Assembly: GCA_964388575.1 (NCBI GenBank)
Contig: CAYMAZ010000003.1
Location: forward strand, 20,637-84,636
Origin: an uncultured Bacteroidales bacterium
Lineage (GTDB): Bacteria; Bacteroidota; Bacteroidia; Bacteroidales; DTU049
Reading direction: 5' to 3'
Length of the DNA: 64,000 nucleotides
The position numbers were made by a program, and so were the translations under genes. The notes under the pieces were generated by a model. That model searched no databases and was not told the origin of the DNA. It saw nothing but the letters and a program-made list of their open reading frames with translations. Of the stretch, positions 1 to 10,400 are shown one piece after another (the stretch's first letter is position 1; every line of letters starts with the position of its first letter).

Positions 1-2279
1 CCTGCAAGATATGGTTTTTGCTGTCCGAACAAACTTTGAATTCCTGGTTCCTGAGCTTCAGGATCCTGAACATATTTTTCATATTCATTATATCCGTAGG
101 CAAGTACAAGGAAGTAATATTTCTTATTATTCACAAGTCTTTTATCACCAGTAGCAAACTGATCTTCCAGAATTCTAAATGAATGAACGATACCATTATC
201 AGCACCATTCACTTCCTCAACAGGAACAACAGCAACCAGATCTTCTGAATAATAGAAGTTAATTAATCTTCCAACACCGTTTTTCACATCACACTGAGCA
301 ATAAGTCTTACTTTGGACTGATCGTGAATTTCATTGGCTGTAACTGTAGCATCTTTAACCTGGAAAACCTGATACCCTTCAAATCTGTAAAGAGAATCGT
401 AGCGTTCTGCCGCAGACAATGAGTCCGGGGAAACAATTGAAGGATCAAATTCTTCATATTCTTCATTAAAATTGTTGCTATTCGGTTTATTGGAAATATA
501 AAGGATCAATTCTTTATCAAGCTCCCGAATAACCAGATCTGGAGCATCAGGACCATCAACAACACGGAAGCAATTGTCAAACAATCTCTGACATTTATCA
601 TCTACTCTTCTTAATAGCTGAACTGAAGCAAATGGACCTCCTGAACTTGCTCTTGCCCATGGAATACCAACTGTAATATAGTTCACAGCACCTGGTTCAA
701 GCGTAAAAGGACCTGCTGACTGCATAAAACGTCTGTCATAGGGTTCATTACCAGCTACTTCTTCTGTCCATTTTTTGGGACCATTTGGCAGAATTCCGCC
801 TGTCCCCCAGTTACAGGGATCAGTTTCATCAGGAAACATAAAATCACATTCGGGACCGTAAGCACCTGAGTTGATATGCGCATTCCCTCCATAAAGCATT
901 TTTGTACCATCTTTCCATATACCTCTAAGGAGGTTGTAGTATTCCGGTGCAATCGATGGATCTGTCTGTGCCCAGTAGCCACCAGTGTTGTTATGATAAA
1001 CAAAACGTCTCATACCGAAACGCTCATCGTCAACAATTCCGTTTCCGAAGTTCACACCATTAATACTGACATCACAAACCTGAGTCAGAACAGTGTCACC
1101 TCCGATCACAGAAACGTTGAATTTGGGATTATCAACTCCGTCTTTATCCATATAGGGACCCTGGAAGAAGTCAACACCGATTGCAGGAGGATTTTCACCA
1201 TAGTGACTGAACAAACCACTTCCGTCAACAGCCTTTCCGTTGTAGCTGTATCCCAAGCCTCTGGCAACATCACAACCCACAAAATCATCATAAGCATAAC
1301 CGATATCTGAATCAACCCATTGAGAAAAATAGGTTTCTGTTAATCGATATGTTGATCTGTTGACGATTTCATAAGAATAAAATGTCATGTTATTTATTTC
1401 ATCATTGGTTGTAAAAGCAAAAGCCTGGGCACGAATTTCCAGTCCAATGGGAGCACCACCTGTTTCTGTGTGCACATTTCCCTTATCATTAAAAACCCAC
1501 CAAAGAGTCTGGTCACCTTTCAATACCTGGTCGACAAGTAAACCACCTTCTTCTGATGGAGGACCAAAGTTCGGATCTGAGCCCATCGTTGGTTGACGAT
1601 CTGATCCATAGGGAAGATATAGCGGACAGAGGGCATTATCGATATCATAATACGGGTAATCACCATTTTCATAATTATATTCGCCATCACCGTCAACATC
1701 AAAAAATGGTGCAAGATATCTTGCTTGTTTTTTTACTGGGTTTCCGTGAGCCGGATAGTCAATAATTGATCTGGGAACTTTGTAATCAGGAAACACATCC
1801 GGATCTGATCTCCAGGCAAGGAAATCATCAACATCTTTTCTTAGAATTACAAAATGTTTGTCATATTCGATACATGTTTCTCCATCAATGGATGCAGTAC
1901 CATCTGTTGTCAGTGGTCCCGGCCAGTAATCATTTCCAACCTGTCTGTATCTGAGAGCGGCAAGTTTTAGCTGTCCGTTCACATCAAGACCTCCAATCCA
2001 CAAAGAAGCAGAAAACATTGAATGCTTTCTTGAGCCTTTAGGTATTTCATAAGTTGGGTCTCCTGAAAGATCCCACCACATATCTCCACCGGTATTTATT
2101 CTGGTTCTTACATTATTTATTTCAAGAAAAGTGTAAGAGGCCGCAGGTAAACAACCTGCAGCAATGGAACGGGTTTCAATTGTGTTTTTTCCACCACCTT
2201 CAGGCGCAGGGTTTTTGTATGCATTTGCCGTCATCACAAATACAATCCCTATGCTTATTAATAATAGTGTCTTTTTCAT
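1..2279 (-). CDS. Large secreted protein of unknown function, 3' end cut by window start
   Basis: My own reverse-strand translation. ATG at 2279 gives MKKTLLLISIGIVFVMTANA (signal peptide). The frame stays open to base 1; I spot-checked 2279-2161, 1440-1381 and 60-1. It is absent from the ORF track because no stop lies in the window. It starts 28 nt downstream of the TBDR-like gene on the same strand. Confidence 0.7.
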   Translation of the reverse strand, partial: MKKTLLLISIGIVFVMTANAYKNPAPEGGGKNTIETRSIAAGCLPAASYTFLEINNVRTRINTGGDMWWDLSGDPTYEIPKGSRKHSMFSASLWIGGLDVNGQLKLAALRYRQVGNDYWPGPLTTDGTASIDGETCIEYDKHFVILRKDVDDFLAWRSDPDVFPDYKVPRSIIDYPAHGNPVKKQARYLAPFFDVDGDGEYNYENGDYPYYDIDNALCPLYLPYGSDRQPTMGSDPNFGPPSEEGGLLVDQVLKGDQTLWWVFNDKGNVHTETGGAPIGLEIRAQAFAFTTNDEINNMTFYSYEIVNRSTYRLTETYFSQWVDSDIGYAYDDFVGCDVARGLGYSYNGKAVDGSGLFSHYGENPPAIGVDFFQGPYMDKDGVDNPKFNVSVIGGDTVLTQVCDVSINGVNFGNGIVDDERFGMRRFVYHNNTGGYWAQTDPSIAPEYYNLLRGIWKDGTKMLYGGNAHINSGAYGPECDFMFPDETDPCNWGTGGILPNGPKKWTEEVAGNEPYDRRFMQSAGPFTLEPGAVNYITVGIPWARASSGGPFASVQLLRRVDDKCQRLFDNCFRVVDGPDAPDLVIRELDKELILYISNKPNSNNFNEEYEEFDPSIVSPDSLSAAERYDSLYRFEGYQVFQVKDATVTANEIHDQSKVRLIAQCDVKNGVGRLINFYYSEDLVAVVPVEEVNGADNGIVHSFRILEDQFATGDKRLVNNKKYYFLVLAYGYNEYEKYVQDPEAQEPGIQSLFGQQKPYLA

Positions 2280-2307
2280 ATAATCAATCATTTATTTTTT
2301 TGTAGTA

Positions 2308-5300
2308 TTAAAAATTAAACGCAATTCCTAAACGAATTCTTCTTGGCAAACTATAGTTATACGGGCTGTTCACTTTCAGCGCGTATTGTTCACGGAAGGC
2401 AACCGGATCCAGCTGAGCTTCAATACCGGCCTGGTATTCAGCTGCAGCAAGGTAACCATCATCATCGGGATTGCCAGTTGCACGGTAAACGCTCACAATA
2501 TTCATTGAATTCAGAACATTCAGAACTTCAATGTAAATGTTTGCATATGTAACTTTCTTTTTGTTTGCGCCAAACTTGATTGCAATGTCTCTGTCAATAC
2601 GACCGTTAATTGTGAACTGCCAAGGTAATCTTGATCCGTTGAGAGAACCCTGAAGAACATAGGTTCCACCACCAAGTTGAGTTGGGACGATAGTACTTGA
2701 ACGGCTATATGGAACACCTGAACCGCCTACAAAGGTGAAGTTCACACCTGTATTTTCAAGTAACGCAATTGTTTTGATTTTGTCAGACCCGTCTTTCATT
2801 TTACGTTTCAGTGTTGGTCCGTTATAGTCTTTGCCTCCCTGGAAACGATAGTCAAGAATCAATGAAAACGCATGTCTTCTGTCAAAGTCGAGAGGGTTGA
2901 TAATACGCAGGTTAGGTTGTCCAGATCTGACAAGACTGACTGCAGAAGTTGCAGAGGAACCTGTTCCGTCAGCAAACTGCAATGTATAACTTGCTTTAAT
3001 CCAAATATTGGCACTTCTTCTTAAATCATAAGAAATTGTTAATCCTTTTACTGTTCCGAAGTCAATATTATTATAAGAATAGTATGACGTTGGATATGCT
3101 TCTGAGAATCTATATGCCTGAACAAGATTTCTGACTTCTTTGTAGTAAGCAGAAAATTTGATTGCAGATCTGATGTTGAGCATTTGCTGGAACCCAAGTT
3201 CATAGTCAACTGTAAGTTCTGGTTTCAGATTTGGGTTATTGAGCAGGTTTGTTCCCTGGGCAGTTATAAAATAATAATCTGTAGGATCAAGTCTCAGACC
3301 GCTGGTTGGACGTTTTGAAAGGACATCGTAATGTGCGAAGAACAATGCTTCATCAGAGATGGGGAATGAGAATGAAACACGTGGCATAACTGTCAGCTGT
3401 GGTTCATAATCTTTAAAAGCATCTGCTGTCGGTCTTGTAAGCGTGGGATCAACAAGATATGGAGCAATACCACCAGCACCACGCAGTAATGTTGGGTCAG
3501 TTACTTCAATCCCCTGGCTGTTATACCAAACATCTTCAGAACGATACCCCATGATTGATGTTGGATTTCTGACATCATCCACATAAACGACATAATCAGA
3601 GCCCATATTTGAGGGATGTTCTCCGAATTCAGAAACTTCTGAAACAGTTTTGGCTTCGTAGAGCAGATAAGGATCCTTCAAAACTTTCTGATTTGCATCA
3701 AAACGGTCTACACGAACCCCGATATTGAAAATCAGGTCTCTGAAAGCAAACTTATCCTGAACATATCCAGCCATGTAAATTGGTTCAAAAGCAGGAATTT
3801 CTCTGGTATTATTTCCAAACTCATCTTTTTTGCTGAAGAAATCTTCAAAACTTGGTTTTGTTGTTAGTTTTTTTCCGGTGTGATCATATCCATAATATGC
3901 AACATACGGAGAAGTTCCTTCGTTGAGTAATTCATCAGCACTGAACCAGTCAATGGACATGATAGAGGGATCATAGCTGTCGACATCCAGCCATTCAAGA
4001 CCATCAACAGGTAGGTCGAGTGCCTGGCGTAAATTATAATCAACAAATGCCTGAGAAGCTCCATCATAAAGACGGTCATACCATACTGTATCCTGGAAAA
4101 TGCCCCATTGATCAAACACAAGATTTGGGTTTGCAGTATCGATTTCTGCAATATGCTTATTGGCCAGCTGACGCATTCTGTACCATAATCCCACAGGAGC
4201 TGCAGTATAGGATCTGTCCACGCGTTGTTCATACTGGAATCCAAACTGGAATGAATGGCGTCCTATATCTGCCGATGCATTGGCATTGAATCCATACTGA
4301 GTCAGGTCAGATTTAGAATACTGTCCATAGACTGATCCGGGGCTTGTCCAAAGACCCATAATTGCAGGGGGTAACTGACCGTTAAGCAAGCCACCTCCAT
4401 TTTGAACCAATTCAGCATTTGCATACATTCCTGATTCAACAGGATACAAGTCATAATAACGCTGTGTGTATGTTGCAAGGACGGGATTTAAATCACCACC
4501 TTCAAACCAATAGAGTAAATCGCGAAAACCGTTGTGCACATAAACATCAGATAGCCCAAGTGTAGGCAGATCAGTCAGCTCATATGAACGTTCCTTTGTT
4601 GTTGTAAATTTTCCGATATAACCGTAATCAAATAGTTTATCTTTGTGATTGGGATCCTGAATTGTTGAGGTATATTTTGAATAATCAACCTGAATTTGAT
4701 AAAACACGTTTGATATTGGTGATTTACTTGCTGTATCTGTTGGAAATCTTTGTGCAAATCTTCCGTAAACACGCCAGGTATTTTCAATAACCTGAGGGTT
4801 GTTCTTATAATTAAACAAACTGTTATTATGTACATATGCCAGTCCGTTTTGATAATTCATTGAACCACCAAAGGAAAGATTTGTTGTTGTATTGGTTTTG
4901 ACATCAATTTTCCCTGCCAGATTGATACTTAAATCATCATCATTGATTTTTGTTTTCATTTTTTCCAAATCGGAAGCCCTGACAAAAGAGCCATTCTGAA
5001 AAGAACCAAATCCAAGACCTGATGGTCTGAGAGGTTGTTCCTCAAGATAAGAAAGCACTTCATCATTTGCTTTATAGACTCCTATTGACTGATGAAAGGG
5101 ACGTGAATCTTTTGCTGTTTCAATTTCACCGGAAAGAAAGAATCCAAGTAATGAAGTTGTATTATCAGTTCCTTTTCCCTTGATCAGAGGCCCCATTACA
5201 CTGAACCCGAGGAGATTAAATCCATAAGGATCCAGAAATTGAGATGTAACAAATTCAACACCGCCTCCGAATTCACGTGCTGCACCACGGGTAGTTGCCT

Positions 5301-5967
5301 GAACAATACCACCAGTCGCATCACCATACTGGGCAGGTACACCTCCGGTAATTACAGTAACCTGATCAATCGCACCTTTTGGAAGGCTTGATGAACCACG
5401 AACACGCACTCCGTCAATGTAAAACACAGTACCGTCAGAACGCTGTCCACGAATATTGAGATCTGTGCTTCCGTCATCCTGCGAAAACACACCACCAACT
5501 GTAACGGCAACTGAACCTACATCCCTACCAGGCATTTTTTCAATTTCTTCTCTTGTCAGTGACCCTCCGGAAGCTCCACCGTCTTTTTCGATCAACGGAA
5601 CTTTGTAGTCAATAACTTCAAATGTTGTCAATGTCACCGCTGTTGATTCCATTTCAATATTGAGAAATGTAATTTTATCGGGATTGATCACAACACCCTG
5701 AACAAGAATTGGCTTATACCCTACATATGTTGCCTTGACATCATATCGTCCTGCAGGTATGGGACGAATTGTGTATTCACCTTCAAAATTTGAGGTTGTA
5801 CCTCCAACCTGTCTTCCTGCTGCTTCAGCAATGATATTGCCAAAAGGAATAGGTTCTCCGGTTTCTTTATCAATAAGTTTACCCATAAGCGTGCCGCTGC
5901 TCTGGGCAAAACCGGTTATGCTAAAAAGCATAATAACAATAAATCCACTGAGTAGTTTTCTTAACAT
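2308..5967 (-). CDS. TonB-dependent-receptor-like outer membrane protein with N-terminal carboxypeptidase-regulatory-like domain
   Basis: 1219 aa with a signal peptide. CarboxypepD_reg-like N-terminus (GKLIDKETGEPIPFGNI...YDVKATYVGY). Plug-type motifs NIRGQRSDGTVFYIDGVRV and GGVPAQYGDATGG. Long barrel ending in aromatic ...GIAFNF. Confidence 0.85.
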   Translation of the reverse strand: MLRKLLSGFIVIMLFSITGFAQSSGTLMGKLIDKETGEPIPFGNIIAEAAGRQVGGTTSNFEGEYTIRPIPAGRYDVKATYVGYKPILVQGVVINPDKITFLNIEMESTAVTLTTFEVIDYKVPLIEKDGGASGGSLTREEIEKMPGRDVGSVAVTVGGVFSQDDGSTDLNIRGQRSDGTVFYIDGVRVRGSSSLPKGAIDQVTVITGGVPAQYGDATGGIVQATTRGAAREFGGGVEFVTSQFLDPYGFNLLGFSVMGPLIKGKGTDNTTSLLGFFLSGEIETAKDSRPFHQSIGVYKANDEVLSYLEEQPLRPSGLGFGSFQNGSFVRASDLEKMKTKINDDDLSINLAGKIDVKTNTTTNLSFGGSMNYQNGLAYVHNNSLFNYKNNPQVIENTWRVYGRFAQRFPTDTASKSPISNVFYQIQVDYSKYTSTIQDPNHKDKLFDYGYIGKFTTTKERSYELTDLPTLGLSDVYVHNGFRDLLYWFEGGDLNPVLATYTQRYYDLYPVESGMYANAELVQNGGGLLNGQLPPAIMGLWTSPGSVYGQYSKSDLTQYGFNANASADIGRHSFQFGFQYEQRVDRSYTAAPVGLWYRMRQLANKHIAEIDTANPNLVFDQWGIFQDTVWYDRLYDGASQAFVDYNLRQALDLPVDGLEWLDVDSYDPSIMSIDWFSADELLNEGTSPYVAYYGYDHTGKKLTTKPSFEDFFSKKDEFGNNTREIPAFEPIYMAGYVQDKFAFRDLIFNIGVRVDRFDANQKVLKDPYLLYEAKTVSEVSEFGEHPSNMGSDYVVYVDDVRNPTSIMGYRSEDVWYNSQGIEVTDPTLLRGAGGIAPYLVDPTLTRPTADAFKDYEPQLTVMPRVSFSFPISDEALFFAHYDVLSKRPTSGLRLDPTDYYFITAQGTNLLNNPNLKPELTVDYELGFQQMLNIRSAIKFSAYYKEVRNLVQAYRFSEAYPTSYYSYNNIDFGTVKGLTISYDLRRSANIWIKASYTLQFADGTGSSATSAVSLVRSGQPNLRIINPLDFDRRHAFSLILDYRFQGGKDYNGPTLKRKMKDGSDKIKTIALLENTGVNFTFVGGSGVPYSRSSTIVPTQLGGGTYVLQGSLNGSRLPWQFTINGRIDRDIAIKFGANKKKVTYANIYIEVLNVLNSMNIVSVYRATGNPDDDGYLAAAEYQAGIEAQLDPVAFREQYALKVNSPYNYSLPRRIRLGIAFNF

Positions 5968-6056
5968 AAGGAACCATTTTATTTTTTAAACCATAATATT
6001 TTTCGAGTCGGTAAAATTAGCAATAAATTAATTGTTCGAACAAAAAAAAATTCAAA

Positions 6057-6533
6057 TCATTCATATTTTCTGTTAATAATCTCGGAATAAATAATGGCTT
6101 TTCTAAATTCTTCAATTGTAGAAAGCTCATTTTCAAAATGTTCATAATCGTCTGAGATTACTGAAATATGTTCATTTTGAATTTCTTTATTTTTCTGAGA
6201 TTTAAAAGAAGTTGTTTCCCGGTTTCTGATACTTTGTTTTTTTGCATGTTGTTTCAGCTCATTGTCGAGAAAGGGGGTTGGTTGTGAAATTTTTTCCTGG
6301 TAAAAATCTGAAACAACAGGTTGAGGTTGTTCAAAGTCTGTTTTGAAAAAATCACCTCCGAATTGTTTAAAAATTTCATCAATCGGGCTCACAGATGCAG
6401 AAGTTTGTTGCTCCTGAATTTCTTTTTGTCTTTTTAACTGATCCAGCTTTGCCTGTTGTTGTTTTTTCCCTTTACGTAGCGATGACAAAATCAGAATGAC
6501 AATTATAATAATGTAAACAGCTATTTGCTCCAT
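6057..6533 (-). CDS. Hypothetical membrane-anchored protein, Gln/Lys-rich
   Basis: 158 aa with one N-terminal TM helix (VYIIIIVILILSS) followed by a low-complexity K/Q-rich region. A TAnnTTTG box lies 18 nt upstream. Confidence 0.5.
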   Translation of the reverse strand: MEQIAVYIIIIVILILSSLRKGKKQQQAKLDQLKRQKEIQEQQTSASVSPIDEIFKQFGGDFFKTDFEQPQPVVSDFYQEKISQPTPFLDNELKQHAKKQSIRNRETTSFKSQKNKEIQNEHISVISDDYEHFENELSTIEEFRKAIIYSEIINRKYE

Positions 6534-6550
6534 GTAGATTTGAATTTTTT

Positions 6551-6558
6551 CAAAAATA
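6551..6558 (-). promoter_or_regulatory. Bacteroidota -7 promoter box (TATTTTTG)
   Basis: Plus strand reads caaaaata, an exact TAnnTTTG on the minus strand. It lies 18 nt upstream of the ATG at 6533. Confidence 0.45.
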
Positions 6559-6619
6559 CATTATTATTTAATACAAAATGTATTTGATAAGTAAACGGCA
6601 AAAAAAATTAAGTTTAAGG

Positions 6620-7378
6620 TCAGATATTGTTGATAATTTCAACAATGTAATCGCGTTTTCTTCTTGAGACTGGTATTTCAGTACCATCAGTCATGATTAT
6701 ATAGCCACCATCGGCACGGAGGTAACTTTTAATATATTTAATGTTTAACAGATGTGACTTATGAGAGCGTACAAAACCATAATCACTTAACATTTCATCA
6801 AATTCTTTGAGGGTTCTTGAAACGATTATTCTTTTTCCATCAACAAAATAGAAGTTGGTATAATAACTATCTGACTGGCAGCGTATAATATCATCAGGGT
6901 TAACGACATGATATCCCTCAGAGGTTGATAGTATAATTTTTTTGGGCTTAGGGGTTCCCCCGCTCATATTATGCATCAGAACCTCAAGTCTACGGTTAAT
7001 GTCTCCTGTTTGTGATTTCTCTATAAAACGTTCTGTTGCTTTGATCAGATCCTGTGGATTGACAGGTTTCAACAAATAATCAAGTGCGCTGAACTTTATC
7101 GCTTTGATTGCATATTGATCATATGCTGTTACAAAAATCACATCAAACGATGGTTTTTCAAATTCCTCCAAAAGATTGAAACCACTCCCGTCGGGCATTT
7201 GAATATCCAGAAAAACGAGCTCCGGACGAAGTTCACGAATCTGTTCAACTCCTTCACGGCAGCCTGCTGCTTCTCCTATAATAACGACATCATGACAATA
7301 CTTTTTTAACATTTCTGTAAGCACCTGCCTGGAATTTTTTTCATCATCAATAACGACCGTTTTAATTTTTTTTGTCAT
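6620..7378 (-). CDS. LytTR-family response regulator
   Basis: 252 aa. CheY-like receiver (VVIDDE...LVFLDIQMPDGSG) plus a C-terminal LytTR DNA-binding region (FVRSHKSHLLNIKYI). Confidence 0.9.
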   Translation of the reverse strand: MTKKIKTVVIDDEKNSRQVLTEMLKKYCHDVVIIGEAAGCREGVEQIRELRPELVFLDIQMPDGSGFNLLEEFEKPSFDVIFVTAYDQYAIKAIKFSALDYLLKPVNPQDLIKATERFIEKSQTGDINRRLEVLMHNMSGGTPKPKKIILSTSEGYHVVNPDDIIRCQSDSYYTNFYFVDGKRIIVSRTLKEFDEMLSDYGFVRSHKSHLLNIKYIKSYLRADGGYIIMTDGTEIPVSRRKRDYIVEIINNI

Positions 7379-7407
7379 AATTCATACATTATTATTTAAA
7401 ATAAAAA

Positions 7408-10400
7408 TCATACATCAAAAAAGGGAACTATCAGTGTTGCTTTTGTTCCGCAAAGAAGTCCATCATCATCAAAAATATCTGAATATTCCAATCCGAAAAT
7501 ATCGTTCTCAAATTGGCGGTTGAAAATATTTAGTCGTTCTTTTGTAATTGAGATTCCCTGGTTGCTCACCTGCAGTTTTTGCCTTTTCTGAATTTCAGAT
7601 GCCTTTTCTCTACCTATACCATTGTCTTCCACAATTATTATTACATAATCTTCAAACTGTGTAAATGAAACATTCACAACACCCTTCTCTTCCTTATGGA
7701 TAAGTCCGTGTTTAATACTGTTTTCAATAAGAGGCTGGACCATATGGGATGGAATTGCAGTAAATTCATCATCAATTTCGGGATCAACCCGAATTTCAAA
7801 TTCGAAAATGTGATCAAAGCGAAGCGCTTCAATCTCACAATAATATTGCAACAACTTGATTTCATCAGCAATTACTACATTTGGAGTTCGACTTGTGTAC
7901 AAAATCAATCTCATCAGATTTGAAAACTTTGACAGATAACTGATTGCATTTTCTGCTTCGTTTTTCAGGATAAAACTTTGAATTGAGTTCAAAGTATTAA
8001 ACAGAAAATGTGGATTCATCTGAAGATGGAGGACTTTCTGCTGAAGTTCAAATACATTTTTTTCAAATTCAAAAATTTTTCTGTCAATTTCCTGTTTTCT
8101 TCTGATTTTTCGCACCTGATTATTTACAATCAGCCAGATTAGAAATGTAAGAATAAGTGCAGTGAGAATTTTAAACCATATTGTTTTCCAGAATGGAGCA
8201 TGGATTGTAATAAAAACTGACAGTTCTGTTTCTGACCAAAGTCCATCACTATTTGTTCCACGAACCCTGAATGTATATTTCCCCGGAGGGATATTGGTAT
8301 AATCAGCATACCGTTTATCGGATGGAACATAGATCCAGTCATTATCAAACCCCTCAAGTTTATATGAGTAGTTGATCTTCTTGGGGTTGGTGTAGTCCAG
8401 TGCAGCAAATTCCAGGGTAAAATAGTTTTCCCACCATGTGAGTTCAATAGCATCCTGATCTCGAAGCAAATCGAAACGTTTCTGATTTAAGACATTCAGT
8501 TTTGTTACAAAAATTCTGGGGTCATATTCATTTTCTTGGAGTTGATCAGGGTTAAAAATATTGAATCCGTTCATTCCGCCGAAAAGAATTTCTCCGCTAG
8601 AGATCATTTTTGCAGCTCCGAGATTAAATTCGTGTCCCTGAACTCCGTCTCTAATATCAAAATTCCAAACGTTCATATTTTCGGGATTAATTTTTGAAAT
8701 TCCCTGATTTGTTGTAAGCCAGATGTTTTTACTCAGGTCTTCCACAACGTTATAAACGGTATTATTCGACAATCCTTCCTTTTCAGTTATTGTTGTCATT
8801 TCTCCAGTTTTCGGATTAAATCTGCTCACCCCCTCTCCCATTGTAGCAAACCACATCTGACCCTCAGAGTCTTCAAAAATTGATAAAATCCTGTTTGTTT
8901 TGAGTCGTTGTTTTGCTTTAAGTTCTGCTCCAAATCTGGAGAAAGAATCATTCTTTCTGTCATAAATATCAATACCACTGAACGATGCAATCCAGATATT
9001 GTTTTTGCTATCTCTTAAAATTCCATACACTTGATTATTACTAATGCTTGTGAGATCACCAGGATCATGGGTGTAATGCTTCATTGTTCCGTCTTCAAAC
9101 AAACGGCTCACACCTCCGTTGGTTGCGAGCCAGATGCTTTTATCGTAACCATCTTCAACAATTCCCCAGATTCCGTTGCCTAAAATATTTTGGGCAATAT
9201 TATCAGCATTTGCATTGTAGTAAGTATTAGTGCTCGTTTTCGGATCATAGCAGACAACACCGGCATTGAATGTCCCGATCCAGATTCGCTCTCTACTGTC
9301 CCTATATGTTGCTCTGATTTTATCAGAGGGTGGAATAACACCATGGCCGGAGGATTTCGTAACAGAACTGAAAGAATTCCTGCTTTTACTGAAACTATTT
9401 ATTCCATTTTCGGTTCCAACCCAAATCAAATCGGGTGAAATTTCCAGAAATGACCATATCATATTTGAGTTGAGAAAACCGGCACCCTGACCAAATGAAA
9501 AATGATTAAATCTGAACTGACCTGGTGTAAATTTATTTAGACCTCTCCATGTTCCAATCCAAATTGTTCCATTTTTACTTTTTAAAAGTGAATAAACGGA
9601 TGTATTCGTCAGTCCATTATTCAGTTCATCATTATTTCCAAAAAAAGAGTATTCTTCTGATTCGGGATAGTATATTAAAATGCCACCTCCCAAAAGTCCA
9701 ATCCATACATTTCCCGTCATATCTTCCATAAAACTGAGAATGTGATTGGATGACAATCTTATATCATCCACACATTGAAACCCAAATGTTTCGCCTGTAT
9801 TTCTGTTCACATACAATCCCTGTTCTGTACCTACCCACACGTTTTGCCTACTATCCTCAAACAATGCTGTTACCGGTGCAGCAGGAACAGTTGAATTGGC
9901 CAGGGAAAAGCACTGATACCTGTTTGTATGAATATTAAATCTGAACAACCCGATATTTGTCCCAACCCACATGTGATCAGAATTGTTTGAACGAAAAAGA
10001 CTAAAAATTGTGAGTGGTTTCTTTAAAAGTTTATTGACAGGAAATGCTATAAATTTGAGTGATTCTGTGTGACGGTTGTATAGGAAGAGTCCATTGGCAG
10101 TTCCTACCCAGATTTCTTTATTTTTCCCTTCAGCAAGTGAAAGGATCTGGTTTTCTCCCATTGGAATATCATTATCAATCACATTTTTGAATGTTCGGAA
10201 TACCATTTCCTTCGGATTAAAAACATTCAGTCCGTCATCTGTTCCTACCCAGATTTTCCCGTCTGAATCCTCCAGTAAAGCATTGACTGTTGCATTGCTA
10301 ATATTTGAAATATTTGAATTCAGACCAGGCTTAAAAATCACAAAATCATATCCGTCAAACCGGTTTAACCCGTCCCATGTTCCTATCCATATGAATCCGT

